DNA from: Lama glama
Lineage: Eukaryota
DNA length: 64,000 nucleotides
Assembly: GCA_028534125.1 (NCBI GenBank)
Contig: CM052832.1
Location: forward strand, 7,752,001 to 7,816,000
Direction: 5' to 3'
Made by a program: the position numbers and the translations under genes. Under the pieces are notes generated by a model, which was given only the letters and a program-made list of their open reading frames with translations, was not told the DNA's origin and searched no databases. Shown here piece by piece: positions 1 to 12,558 of this stretch (position 1 is its first letter; each line of letters starts with the position of its first letter).

Positions 1-739
1 GCTGGGACAATGGCTATGCAGGTGCCCGGTAAGGGAGCCCTTTAAAAACAAATCCCCACAGATGCCACTGAATTCCCCCAAGACTTGCAAGGTGGCATAA
101 CCCCAGTGTCACCTAAGGCCACCTGTCCCTTAAGATGCAGACCTAATAGGCATGTCCAATGTCCCCTCACCAAGACTTTAGCAATTCTCCGAGACTCTTT
201 TATCCTGGCCTCCTCTGGCTCTGGTTCTGGGCTTCTGTTCATCTTCCTCCTCTCTGTGCTCTTCCTGTGATGCCTCCCCAGCACTGAGCCAGGAGAAGAG
301 GACCCTTTTCCCCACCCCCCAAGCCTCTCCATACAATCAGGCATGGAAATTGGGTGCAGAGATTCTTCTGAAGATTCAGGGGCAACAGCAAGAAGCATGC
401 CTCTCACTCCAAGCTGCAGGGAAAATAAACAGTGGACCCTGAAGTTCTTAAGAAGTCCCTGGGCTATTTCCTCTCCCTCGGCTTCAGGTCCACGTTGCTC
501 CAGCCCTCTCTCCCCTAATCCCGCTGCCCTGAACCCATCACCACCTCCTGGTCCCTTTCTTATGCAGTCTAGGATGAGTCTCCATCCCTCCTCTTCCTCC
601 AGTTTCCTCCAAGGAGCCCCCTCCCACCCCTAAGGGTCCTATTTGTGCATTTTCATAAACTAAGACTGTTCCTTTCCTAAGTGAAACTGATGCAGGTTGT
701 GGTGAAATGGTGCTTTTCTTCCCCTGAAAGTACCACTCT

Positions 740-840
740 TTAGGGATGAGGACGTTTGGGCTCAGACAGGCTAAGTAACTTAGTCAAGGTCACACAGCCA
801 GTAAGAAGTAGAACTGGGATCACACTGGGATCTGTCTTCA
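740..840 (-). mobile_element. MIR SINE fragment
   Basis: Contains the MIR core in reverse: gatgagg...ggctcagacaggctaagtaacttagtcaaggtcacacagccagtaag. Confidence 0.75.
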
Positions 841-1199
841 CACAAAGTTGCATTTCTTCCTGGGCTGACCCTGGGCTGGGCTGACGCCTTGGCCTGCAGG
901 AGGGGTCGGCAGCCAGAGGAGCAGGGGGTTCTGAGAAGGGGTCTGCATAACCCAGGCAGGAAGCAGGGGTGCCTGGAGTCCCGAGAGACAGGCAATCCTG
1001 AGATCTTGCGAGCCCACGGTAGGTGGCTGGGCTAAAAGCACAGGCCAGGGCCTGGGGGGAGGGGCTGGCACAGAAGGGAGGGCCTTGGTCCCTGAGCAAC
1101 AGGATTCAGGTTGAAGGAAGTCAGGAAGGAGAAAAGCAGGCAGGCCTGGGAGGGTTGGGGGAGCCTTTAGCTCTAAAACAAAGCATCCAATCCCCGGGT

Positions 1200-1390
1200 G
1201 CTGGGAGCTGTGCTAAAGCCTTTACAGCTGTCGTTGCTAACCCACAAAGCAAGCCTGAGAGGTACTTATCCTCCCAACTAATAGATAAGGAAACTGAGGT
1301 TCCCAGTGGTAGGGTGACTTCCTCAGAGCCCCAGGCTAGTAAACAGCTGGCCAGGACTCAAATCAGGTGTGTCTGCCTCCAAGTTCTGTG
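1200..1390 (-). mobile_element. MIR SINE fragment
   Basis: atagataaggaaactgaggt...gtgacttcc...ggactcaaatcaggtgtgtctgcctccaa matches the reverse MIR core. Confidence 0.7.
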
Positions 1391-1734
1391 ATGGTTCCCC
1401 TTCTCCCCACAACTTGAGCCAACAGGTGAGGGGCCTTGGGCTGTGCCCTGGGCCCTTGGTTCTGGGGCAGGTAGAACCCAAGTCCTGTCTTGGCTGCCGA
1501 CTCCCAGCTCAGGGTGAGTGTCTGTGGCTGACCTGAGTCCAGGGTCTGCCATGTTGGCTCTGGGAAGAAAATCAGCTCCTAGGGGTTGTTGGTAATTGGG
1601 TCTGTCCATTCCCACCTCAGGGACACTGCCCTGCTCTGGAATATTCTCCCCCCAGGTTTCAATATGGGACTCAGTTCAGGTTTTGGAGAAGCTCCCCAAC
1701 CTCCCATCCAAAGTCATCCCCAGACCCTCTCCAC

Positions 1735-1925
1735 CTCCTTAACCTATGTATTTTCTTCAAGGCACTGGCCTGAAATTTCTCCGTTCCTTTAATCATTCGT
1801 TATTTATTGTCTGCATCCTCCCCCAGCATGACAGAGCCAGTGTGTCTGTCCCGCCCTCCATGAACTTCTGGCACCCAGATCAGGGATCACACAGCCATCG
1901 TCCACCAAAGATCTGGTGAATGACG
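1735..1925 (+). mobile_element. L2 3' end fragment
   Basis: tttattgtctgcatcctccccca...ctggcacccag...tggtgaatga resembles the L2 3' terminus. Confidence 0.5.
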
Positions 1926-3364
1926 GGGGCAGACTGAATACCAGCCCAGATCATCTTTATCCATTTTGATGCCCCTCTTTCTGCAACCACCTCACCAAGC
2001 ACTTTTGTGCCCATTTCCCCCTGAAAAATTGCTATGGGGAGAAATCACATCTCAAGCAGATGTCAGCCAGTAGGAGTCCCAGGCAAAGCCAGCATTCCTA
2101 CCTGGTGGGCCTCCTGGCTGGCTGAGCAGGCTTTGACCTAACCCCTGCAGAGGACACTGGGCCCCCAGCCCCCCACCCCTCTGCCACCTCCTCTTCTGCT
2201 CACCCACCTCAGGGCTGCAGGGAAACAAAAACAGCTCCTCCCCATCATAACCTTGGGGGCCTTGTGGTGCAGTGGAAGGTACTCAGGGCCCAATATGGGA
2301 ACCACTAGTCAAGGCCTGAGGACGAGGCTTAGCCCCAGGCGTGGACCTCGAGGCCCCGGGTCCATCTCCACCAGGCTCGTCATCACCCTGATGCAGTTAA
2401 GTTCCTCTTCTGGCGAACAGATGCAGCCAGTCTGTCTTTAACTGCCCTGCAGGGAGGCGGGGATCAATGAAATATGAAATCGGAAGCACTCGTGCGTCTC
2501 AGATGAAAAGCATCAGTCGGAGGGAGATTCTCGGCCGCATTGCTTGCCCCTGCAGGTCACGCTGCTTTGTCCGGGACATTTTCATGTGGGTGTGAGGTTT
2601 AGGGTTTGAAGGAAAAACACAGCCCGTTTCATAGACCTATTACGGGATTTTCTCTGTAGGAGCTGTAGGTCTCTGCAGGGCCCTGAAATGTTTTGACAGC
2701 TCATCCAAATCCTCAGAAAACCCGACGCCCAAATGTGCCAAGGAGATGCTTATGGCTTGCTCCCCATGCCCCTGGGAGCCTCCCCCGCCGGCTCCTCACA
2801 GGTCCATCAGCCACCCTGCCCGTGGGGACCTGTGCACGCGGCCCTGTCATGAATCAAGTTTGTCCTCCCGTTCAGATGCGGGGAAATGGGATGATGAATT
2901 CATTTCCATCACCATGCTGCCCGTAAGTCACGGCTTTGAGGGCCTTTTTTTTTTCTTTCATTTTTGGAGTTTTCAATGACAAAGATTTCATTATTCGAAG
3001 TAATAATTTTTAACCAGAGCAATGCGAGATTTCACTGTACCTGAATTAGGCCCATATGTGAGAGGGAGGCCCCTGAACGTCAGTGTCTGGCAGCAGAGAG
3101 AGGCGGAGGGGAAGAGGGGGACAGTTAGGGCTCCTTCTGTGTTCTCGCCCCTCCCCCTATTCTTTTCTTTTTTCTCTGTGTGGGGTGGGGGTATTCACTT
3201 TGTTCTCAGCCTCCCTCCTCTCCCTGTGCCCTCCCCCCTCCATGGTCTCTCCCCCAGGTGGTAACCTCTGCCTCAATGACAGCCAACAGGGCTAGGTTGA
3301 CCTTCTGTCTCCTCTGCCTGCCTATTCTCCCCTTCCCCACTCCAAATCCCCTTAAATAATAAAT

Positions 3365-4974
3365 AATAAATAAATGAGATTAGTTGTTGGGGCAAAGAAT
3401 AGCAATCTTATTCAGAAAGCCAGAAGACCAAGAAGATGGTAGACTAGTTTACCAAAGAAGCATCTTACCAAGTTAGAATTCAGGCTTTTCCTAGAGCAAT
3501 CTACCCAGGCAATGGAAATAAGAGCAAAAATAAACAAATGGGACCTAATTAAACCCATAAGCTTTTGCACAGCAAAGGAAACCAAAAGCAAAACAAAACG
3601 ACAACTTACAGAATGGGAGAAAATATTTGCAAGTGGTGCAACTGACTGACAAAGGCTTCATTTCTAGAATATATAAACAGCTTATACAACTTAACAAGAA
3701 AAAAACAAACAACCCAATCCAAAAATGGGCAGAAGACCTAAACAAGCATTTCTCCAATGAAGACATACGAATGTCCAATACACATATGAAAAAATGCTCA
3801 ATATCACTAATTATCAGAGAAATGCAAATCAAAACAACAATGAGGTATCACCTCACACCAGTCAGAATGGCCATCATTCAAAAGTCCACGAACAATAAAT
3901 GCTAGAGAGGGTGTGGAAAAAAGGGAACCCTCTTACACTGCTGGTGGGAATGTAGTTTGGTGCAGCCATTATGGGAAACAGAATGGAAATTCTTCAAAAA
4001 ACTAAAAATAGACTTACCATATGATCCAGCAATCCCAATTCTGGGTATACATCTGGAGGAAACTCTAATGTGAAAAGATACATGCACCCCAATGTTCACA
4101 GCAGCACTATATACAATAGCCAAGATATGGAAGCAACCTAAATGTCCATTGACAGATGACTGGGTAAAGAAGTTGTGGTATATTTACACAAGGGAATACT
4201 ACTCTGCCATAAAAAAGAATAAAATAATGCCATTTGCAGCAACATGGATGGACCTGGAGAATGTCATTCTAAGTGAAGTAAGCCAGAAAGAGAAGAAAAA
4301 TACCACATGATATCACTCATATGTGGAATCTTAAAAAAAAAAAGGACACTATGAACTCATCTTCAAAACAGAAACAGACTAGCAGACATAGTAAACAATC
4401 TTATGGTTACTGGGGAAAGGGGGTGGGAAGGGATAAGTTTGGAAGTTTGAGATTTACAAATGTTAGCCACTATATATAAAAATAGATTTTTTAAAGTTTC
4501 TTTTGTATAGGACAGGGAACTATGTTCAATATCTTGTAATAACCTTTAATAGAAAAAATATGAAAACGAATATATGTATGTACATACATAACTGGGACAT
4601 TGTGCTATACACCAGAGATTGACACACTGTAATTGTACTTAAATTTTAAAAAAAAAAAGGGAAGGAGGTGTGGTTGGTTGCTGCAAACTTCTTAGTGTTA
4701 GAATCCTTTGTTCTTGCAGCTGTCCACATTGGTCAGGTCACAGTGTTCCTATAAACCTCCAATAAGACAAATGTTCTTCTCTGTGCTGCAACTTTTTATC
4801 TCTATAGGAATGGAAAAGTGTCATACCTTTAAAGGTCAGAACCTTGAGAACAGGCTCTCCTGTGTTTTTCAGGCTATAGGCAAACTTCTTTCAGCTATAG
4901 AGAAAGAAATAGAACACAAAGGTTAAAGTAAAAAAACATTCAACATGCAGTCAGATTTGGTCCTCTCTATTACA
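3365..4974 (-). mobile_element. ERV1-type LTR split by an L1 insertion (LTR pieces ~3365-3486 and ~4659-4974)
   Basis: Read on the minus strand it starts TGTAATAGAGAGGACCAAATCTGACTGCATGTTGAA. The two flanks of the L1 (agttagaattcaggctt / ggaggtgtggttggttgctgcaaacttc) read as one continuous LTR-like sequence. Family recalled from memory. Confidence 0.7.
3487..4658 (+). mobile_element. 5'-truncated L1: ORF2 C-terminus, 3' UTR and A-tail
   Basis: ORFs 3627-3905 ([30 protein letters not shown]) and 4092-4310 ([19 protein letters not shown]...EYYSAIKKN) are canonical L1 ORF2 C-terminal motifs, broken by stops. A-run at ~4647-4658. Confidence 0.97.
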
Positions 4975-5404
4975 ATGTTAGGGAGCTATAGGGCCCAGCA
5001 ATTGTGCTTGGAAGCCCAAGCTCAAGACCCGGGCTTCAGATAGTTACGTCAGCCACAAAGGATGTGCCTGGGGTCTCCTCTGTTCCCCCAATTTCTCAGG
5101 CACCACTAGTGCATCAGTTAACTCCCTCAAAAATGCAGTGACAATGTGCATGGGCACAGGAGAGAGAAGAGAAGCTGGGAGGGGCAGGACCTGCCCAGGG
5201 AGGGCCTCTGTGCACCCACTGGCTAAGAGCAGCCCTTGTGGCCCCCACTGCAGGCCCTATTATAGGCCAGTCCTCAGTTCCTACCTTGACAACCTCACCA
5301 ACCACCTCCTGCCATGAATCTGGAGTTCTGGGTGAGTAGCTGGAGGTATGAATGACAGTTGTATATGCCAGGGCATGGTGAGATTTGAAGGCAATAGGAC
5401 AAGT

Positions 5405-6008
5405 TTTTTGATTAAAAAAAGGTTTAAGGTGAAACTCACATAACATAAAATTTACCATATAAAAAGGTATACTTCAGTGGCCTTTAGCAACTACTACTTT
5501 TATCTAGTTCTGAAACATATTCATCACCCCCAAAAGGAAACCCGGCACCCATTAGGCAGTCCCTATTCCCGCTCCCCTCAGCCCCAGCAATCACTGATCC
5601 GCTTTTGGTCTCTATGGATTTACGTATTCTGGACACTTCATATAAATGTGGTCCTGTAAGACACGGCCTTTAGCGTCTGGCTTCTTTTACTTTAGAGTAA
5701 TGTCTTTGAGGTCCACCCATGATGTAGCACAGGTCACTGCTTCATTCCTTTTTATGGCCGAATCATATTCCATTGTATGTCTATACCCCATTTTGGTTAT
5801 CCATTTGTCTGTCAGAGATTCTTTGCCACCTTTGGCTCCTGTGATTTATGCCGAGCATGAGTGTACAAGTACTTGTTTGGTTCTCTGCTTTCAATTCTTA
5901 CATACCAAGGAGTGGAATTGCTGGGTCACATAATCATTCTATGTTAACTTTTGGAGGAAGGGCTGACAAGTTTTCCACAGGGGCTGTGTCATTCATGTCC
6001 CCACCAGT
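5405..6008 (-). mobile_element. Older L1 (L1MB-like) 3' fragment
   Basis: ggtgaaactcacataacataaaatttaccat...ttcattcctttttatggccgaatcatattccattgtatg...ggagtggaattgctgggtca is antisense L1 3' sequence. Confidence 0.85.
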
Positions 6009-7567
6009 GGAAAGGTCCTGGGAATCCTCGGACAGACAGCACGTGGTGGAGGATTCACCAGGGGGTTTTGTGTGATGTGTGGAGGTCGAGATGGGGCTCC
6101 TCCCTGGTGTTCCCCGGGCACCCAAGTTCAGTACCCAGAACAGTGCAGCCTCAGAGGCCCTTAGAGTCTGAGGTGTGAAGGAAGAGGAGGTGGGAGGGAG
6201 GTCCAGGGAGGTGATCGTGATCAAGCTTCTGGGACACAGAGTTTTGCGACATTTGACAGAGCCACACTGAAAGTCAAGGCCAAGTGCCCAGCACTGGGCA
6301 GACTTCCCCACTCGGGCTCCACCCCCGGGCAGCAGTCTGGGGAGCCTGACGCCTCTGCAGATCCCATTACTGGAGATTGGGCTGCAACACGAAATGATGA
6401 AAACGTAAAACATGAGGGAACAGGCTGTAAATCACTTATTGGCAGCCCGCTCTCCTCCTAGCCACGCCCAATCCGAGCCCGCTGCTGCTGAGGATTTCCT
6501 AGCGGCCTGGACCAAGCTCTCCCCTCAGGTGCCAAGAATCTGACCTGAGAACTGAAACCATGTGAGGAAAACACCTCGGGGCCTGACTCATCCTGCCCTC
6601 CAGCTGGGAGATCACCCTCCTGGCCCGGAGCCCGCCAGCCCCAGGCCTTGAGAAAACCCTGCCCTTCCTCACCGGCACTTCCTCGGCTTGTGAAACGCGG
6701 ATGCTCAGCTTGCCTGGCCTCCCAGGCCCTCCAGCATATTCCAGATGTGTCTTGGGTCCACGGGATTTCCCGCAGTCCTAGCTCTCCTCACTTGGTCCCA
6801 GGGAGGAAATTGGGAAACAGAGAAAAGGAGTGACTGGTTCAGGGAGGACCTACGGGCAGGTTGTGTGGGGCCAGCGTCTGCAGCGAGGTCCCCGAGGCCA
6901 GGTGTCCCGCCCATCCCCGCCGTGCGAGGCTGGGCCAGATGGGAAACGGGGACACCTGGGAACGTGCAGCCTGGGTGACTGCTGAGCCTCTCAGCTCCGA
7001 TGTTCTTGACTGCGGGTCTTCAAGTAGCAGCCAGTCCCAGCCAGAGCCCCAGTGCAGCGCCAGTCCCCCTCCTGCCCCCTAAAGAACAAGGGTGGTGCCT
7101 CGGTCCACCCACAGCTGAGCAGACCGCTCAGTTTCCCACCTCAGCTGCTCTCATTGCTCTGAGGGTCCATGTAAATGGTTCCTTTTTAAGCTCATGGGGA
7201 ATCAAATGTTGTCCTTTCATCTGAAGATCATTTAGCAAAGCAGGGATCCAGGCGACAAAAAGACTATGGTTACAATGAACTAAAAGGTCGATGTGTCCAA
7301 CTGCTCCATCCTCGGGTACCAAGCCTGTCAGCGGCAGCAGCTTGCTGCGTGGGGCAATCTTGGGGAAATGCGTACCTTTCCGCCCTGTGCAGGGAGTTCA
7401 GCCAGAAATGCCTCTTCCTCTTACTGCGTGCAGCCGTCTCGGCTCCCCAGGCTCACATCTCTCCATCAGAGTCCTGTCGTCATCGGCCCATAGCACTGAG
7501 CACACAGTAGGTGCTTCATAAATGTATGTGAAAGAGTCTCCAAGAGCTGTCCAGGAAAGGAAGACAG

Positions 7568-7990
7568 CATTTCAGTTACCCGTGGCTGCCAAACAAACCA
7601 CCCACAACTTAGTGGCTTAAAACAACTACGATTTATTCTTTCTCATGAATCTGTGGCTTGGCTGGGCTCTCTCAGCAGCTGCGCTCACCTGGGAGCTGGA
7701 TTGGGGCTGGAGTGGCCACAGTGGCCTCTTACCCTCCGGGGCCTCTCTCCCACAGCCTGGCGTTATGCAGTGATCTCATCTGGACTTCCCTAAAATGTGG
7801 TGGCTGGGTTCCCAGAGGGGCCACTCTGAGATGACAAGCCCCGTGTTCAAGCCCTATCAAGCCTCTGCTTGCATCACACTTGCTAATGTCCCATCAGCCC
7901 AAGCAAGCCACATGGCCAATCTTAGGAAAGGGACCACAGAGAAGTGTGAATTCTGGGAGGCATGGTCCATTGGAGGCCACCAATGCAATG
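7568..7990 (-). mobile_element. MaLR MLT1-type LTR
   Basis: aacaaaccacccacaacttagtggcttaaaacaac...ctctgcttgcatcacacttgctaatgtcccat...caagcaagccacatggccaa are typical MLT1 motifs. Confidence 0.75.
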
Positions 7991-8394
7991 ATCGACAACA
8001 GCTGGTGAATCCCACCCCCCTAAACCCCCCATCACATTCTGCACCATCCTCCCTTCTCCCAAGGAGAAGGAAGACAGGGCAGATTTCTCAGCAGACAGAC
8101 ATTTCCTAGAGTCCTCCACTCTTGAAGTGGGGGGAGGTTCCTTGGGTTTTAACACCATCATGCAAAAAGCATGAAGGGATTTCTTTTCAGATCCTGGAGG
8201 GTAAGTGGGACCATCATTTGCATGCATGCATTCATACTTTAATTACTTCATTCATTCACTGGACACAGTGCTGAGCACTGCCATCTCGGGGCACTCGGGG
8301 ATCAAGGTGTAATAAGGCAACCCTGCTACCAACAGCAGCGCGCGCTGGTCCCCCCACATCCTGTGGGCCATGGGGACCAAGCGTGGCTGTGCAG

Positions 8395-8520
8395 GGGTTA
8401 AGAGCATGGACCCTGTTGGCAGATGGCTTGGCTTCACGGTCTAGCCCTGCCTCACACCAGCTCTGTGAACTTGGGCCCCCTGCCCGACCTTCCTGAGCCT
8501 CCCGTTCCCCATCTGAATTC
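8395..8520 (+). mobile_element. MIR fragment
   Basis: ggttaagagcatggac...ctgtgaacttgggc...ctgagcctcccgttccccatctg. Confidence 0.6.
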
Positions 8521-8599
8521 TCTGGAGGTTTCAATTCCTCAATCCCTGGACAGTACTCAGAACAGCCCTGGCAGGAAATCAGCACCAGGCAAACGCTGC

Positions 8600-9090
8600 C
8601 AATATTATCCATGATGAATCCTCCCAGAAAGAACTTCTCTCCCACTTAGAAAAATTATATACATTAGATGTGAACAGAAGCAGACCAACCTGGCAATATC
8701 TGAAACAGAGGAAAAACAAAAACTCACCTCCACAGTCCCCATATCCAAAGAGAACCACCTGGTGTGGGCGCTGAAATATGTACTGATGTCCATTCTTTTC
8801 TGGACAAAAAATTGTCTCACTCTATTCACACTGTTCACAGCCTGTCAAATAAAATTGAAGAATATGTCAAAAGTGTTGGTCATAAATATTACTCTACTTC
8901 TTGATCTTACTGACTACGTGTGTTTTGTTGTGTGACAGATGCCTTATAGGGAGACACTTACATGATTTGGGATTTTTCGTGCGCATATATTGCTGGGATG
9001 ACTCCTCAGCCATGTCCCTGATCACATCCTCAGAATAAACTCCCAGAAGTGGAAATGCTGGATTCAGAGGGCAGACCCACGTGCACATTC
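8600..9090 (-). mobile_element. Ancient L1 (L1ME-like) fragment
   Basis: aataaactcccagaagtggaaatgctggattcagaggg resembles antisense L1 ORF2/3' sequence. Highly diverged. Confidence 0.45.
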
Positions 9091-9489
9091 TCCCAGGGCT
9101 TTGTGGGCCGTGGGATCATCTTTTTCTCGCTGGAGAGCAATGGTGTCTGCCTTGAGAGCCATGGCACCCTGAGCAGGGACATCCTCCCCATTCACTGCTC
9201 CATGCAGCAAGCAAGGCCAGAGATACTTCTAAAGCCCTGGGAGCCTTCTGCCTGCCCGTGACCGGTGATGTGCCCCAGGTTTCCACCCGACCCTCCAGCA
9301 CCCCTCTCTATACAATGGATTTCCCCAGCTTCATTGCCCACTCTCCAGCAGGTAACCCCAAATCTACCTGCCCTGCTCTGATGCCCACCTCCTGCCTGGA
9401 CCTTATCGCTGCCTGAATGTCCCATGGGGGCTTCACACTCATCCAGCCTCAACCAGCCTTCTTGCCTTTCCCATACCTGCTCCTGCAAG

Positions 9490-9720
9490 CTGTGTGAGCA
9501 GAGGCACAGGTGTCGGGGTCGGGCAGCCTGGGTTTGACTCCTGGCTCTGACACTTTCCAGCCAGGTGACTGTGGGAAAGTGAGCTGCAGTTTTCCCCAGC
9601 TGCAGAATAGGGATCGGAACCACAGCCTCTCAGGGCTTTGAGGATTCAGTGAGGTGACATCGGATCCAGATGCAGTGTCAATGCTTCAAAAATGGTAACG
9701 AGAGCAACATGTATTATCAT
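9490..9720 (+). mobile_element. MIR SINE
   Basis: gcctgggtttgactcctggctctgacactt...gtgactgtgggaaagt...cagtttt...cagggctttgaggatt. Confidence 0.7.
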
Positions 9721-11832
9721 TTTTATTGTCACTACCCAATGCTCTAATCGGACACCTCCCTTTCATTTCCCCCTCCTCCCGGGGTCTCTGCTCCTCCACA
9801 AACCCAGGAAGTAAACCCCAGAAGTAGTCTTCTGCCCTGCCCTGTGCACGTGCATTCAGTGGGCTCCCTGCCCACCCCCCAACCCCCAACCCCCGCCAGC
9901 ACACGGCAGATGCCTGGAAAGCTGCTTGAGTGAAAAGTACGCTGGTCCCCATCTCTAACAAGCCGTGGGACCCACGAGATCACTTCCTCCTCTCTCTCTC
10001 TGGACTCTGCTTCCTGATTTGTAAAGTTATCCCCAAGGGCTCTGACAGCAGCAGGGAAATGCTGCGATTCCCCATCCCTTTGCTGGTTCCCAGCCCCAGG
10101 GAACCCGGGAGCCTGGCTGCATCACTCAGGCAGGCAGATTCTAAGCAGGAGTGGACAAGATGACAGCTGTAGAGATAACCCCTCCTTTATCATTGAAACC
10201 ATCAACCCTCCCCGAGATTTCTGGACTACTGTCCCTTGGCTGGCTCGGAAATTTATTAGCTCTACCAATATTTTCTTTCGTAGTTCTGTAAAGCAAGCTC
10301 AAACTCGGTGAGCACTGCCTATGCAAAGACCTTAAACCACATGTTTATTTTCCTAAGCTATAAAAAGTTTATAGGGGAGCTGGACTCCTTGTCTGACACC
10401 AGGCTCAGAATCGCTACTGCATTCCACAGGAAGACAGAGGGCCCTGTGTCAGCCTGGGGTGGGCAGGAGGGGTGGAGGAAGGCTGGCCAGCCCGGGGCGG
10501 AAAGAGCACAGGGCGTGGGACAGGACAAGAGAGTCACAAACTCAGGGGATGGAGGGGGCGCTGGGGAGGAAGGATGAGGGTGGAGGGTGGTACCAGCATG
10601 CAGCAAAACGAAACCAATATCAGGATGTGTGGTTTCTCCAGTGTCTCTCTCCTGTCCCAGCAGCTTTGAGGACACTGAGTCAGCAGAAACATAGGCTGGC
10701 CCACCTTCTGACATAGTCCTGTTGTCCTAGAATATGGAGTTGGAGATGCTTGGCTCTGGAATAAACTACCAAGAGTGGACATCTTTGCTTAGTTGCTCTC
10801 TAGTCCATACTGACCTCAGCCCACCTGTCCACTCACCTCCACCAGCCCAGGGCTTCACAAGTATCAGATGCCCAGTGTCATTCAGAACTCAAGCACCAGG
10901 ACATGCACTGAGACACAGTGTTTTGATTCACCAGCTTGGATTTCTGGGATCCCTGAGATGGGATGAGACTTTGAGAGTAGAGTATTTCTACTTGGGAGGC
11001 AGGCCTGGGTTTTCCCACCAAGCTGGTGCCTGCAACTTTCAGTGGACATCATAAGTGGTTCTTGGACCCCAGTATCTACACCACCTCCTGCTGAGATCCG
11101 TAAGGCTCTCTGAGTCTGGGTCCTTAGTCCTCCAGGCCCCTGGTCCTGCTCTGCCCCATCGTGGCTGCATCCCAGGGGTCACATCCAAGGGAAAGGAAGG
11201 AGAGGAGGGAGTGAAGCACCCCAGTTCTCATTATTCCAACTACACAGATTTGAGCACTGGATGGAGGGAGGGGCAGGACCAGGTGACCTTCAAGGTCTCT
11301 TCCAAACCTGAAATTCTATGATTCTTAGGAGAAGAAAGAAACTGCCATTTGCTCAGAGGAGGGATTCTCAACCTTCTCAAGGGCAATGTCTCTTCTCTAT
11401 TACAAATATGTCATAATGCTCCTTCACTGCCCGGGCACGCACCTCCACTCACCTTCCCTGTCTCCAATCCTGAGCTCCCGGATTCCCACCTTGCTCCTGA
11501 GGCTGGGCCAAAGAGCCCCCTACGCCCCACCCACCCCACCCCAGGGCCCCTGACACGCCCTCACCCCCATCCATGGGGGCTGCCACCTGCAGAGGAGTCG
11601 GGGGAGCGGAGGACAGGCAATCGGCCAGCAGAGGCACGCACTGCCTGCATCAAGATAATCCACATTTCCTTTCATATAAAAATGTTTGGAAGGTGTAACG
11701 CTTGAGTAAAATTGGTTTTCTAAGGGCCATCCTTTTTCATCCAGGAACCAGGGCTGGGTCCCAGGCAGTTTCTTTTTTTGGGGGGGGGGTAGTAGCCAAC
11801 CTCATGGGTATGAGATATGTGATGCAGTTTTT

Positions 11833-11960
11833 ATGTTTGTTTGTGGCGGGAGGTAATTAGATTTATTTATTTTTATTTTATTTATTTTTAATGGAGGTAC
11901 TGGAGAGTGAACCCAGGACCTCATGTATGCTAAGCTCTACCACTGAGCTATACCCTCCCC
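11833..11960 (-). mobile_element. tRNA-derived SINE (camelid Vic-1-like)
   Basis: Reverse complement reads GGGGAGGGTATAGCTCAGTGGTAGAG-CTTAGCATACATGAGGTCCTGGGTTCACTCTCCAGTACCTCCATTAAAAATAAAT...AATCTAATTACCTCCC. Imperfect TSD tatgtgat(gc)agttttta at 11816 and 11963. Confidence 0.9.
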
Positions 11961-11974
11961 ACTATGTGATAGTT

Positions 11975-12558
11975 TTTATATGCACTTCTTTCTTAAGACC
12001 TTAAATAACAAGCTTTCGTAGTAGGTCTAATTATGACCATAACACTGAAGTAAGGATGGGCATAAGATTTTCTGATGTGTGCGTAATATGAAAGCATCTG
12101 TGATTTCTGCTGATAATAAAGACTGTTTAAAGGGTAGGGGGTGGGCGGAGCCTATGAAGGTGGTCAAAAGGTACCAACTTCTGGCAGTAAAATAAGTAAG
12201 TCCGTGGGGGTGTAATGTACAGCATGGTGACTACAGTTAATAATAGTGCATTGCATATTTTAAATTTGCTAAGAGAGTAGATCTTAAAAGTTCTCACTCA
12301 CAAGGAAAAAAGTTTTGCCTCTCTGTGAGGTGATGGATATTAACTGGACTTACTGTGGCGATCACACCACCGTATGTACAAATATGGAATTATCATGTTG
12401 TACACCTGAAACTACTATGTTAAATGTCAGGTACACCTGAATTTTAAAAAAGAGAGCACTAAATTTCAATTTGAGATGAGAAAAAATTAAAATGCACTGT
12501 TCTTCTCATCCAGATCGGTGGATGCCTTGAAATCTTAACCCCAGGTTGAGAAGACCTG
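11975..12558. mobile_element. hAT-Charlie-type non-autonomous DNA transposon remnant, interrupted by an L1 3' end
   Basis: catctgtgatttctgctgataataaag...ctaaatttcaatttgag...ccatcc...ccccaggttgagaagacctg ends in a Charlie-like terminus. Subfamily not determined. Confidence 0.5.
12130..12451 (+). mobile_element. L1 (L1MA-like) 3' UTR fragment
   Basis: gtaatgtacagcatggtgactacagttaataatagtgcattgcatattttaaatttgctaagagagtagatcttaaaagttctcac...tgttgtacacctgaaact. Confidence 0.9.

Noticed and set aside
3627..4310. ORFs resembling real proteins (also 23835-24110, 59788-60075, 63492-63692)
   Set aside because: They are L1 ORF2 C-terminal fragments in truncated elements, not host genes.
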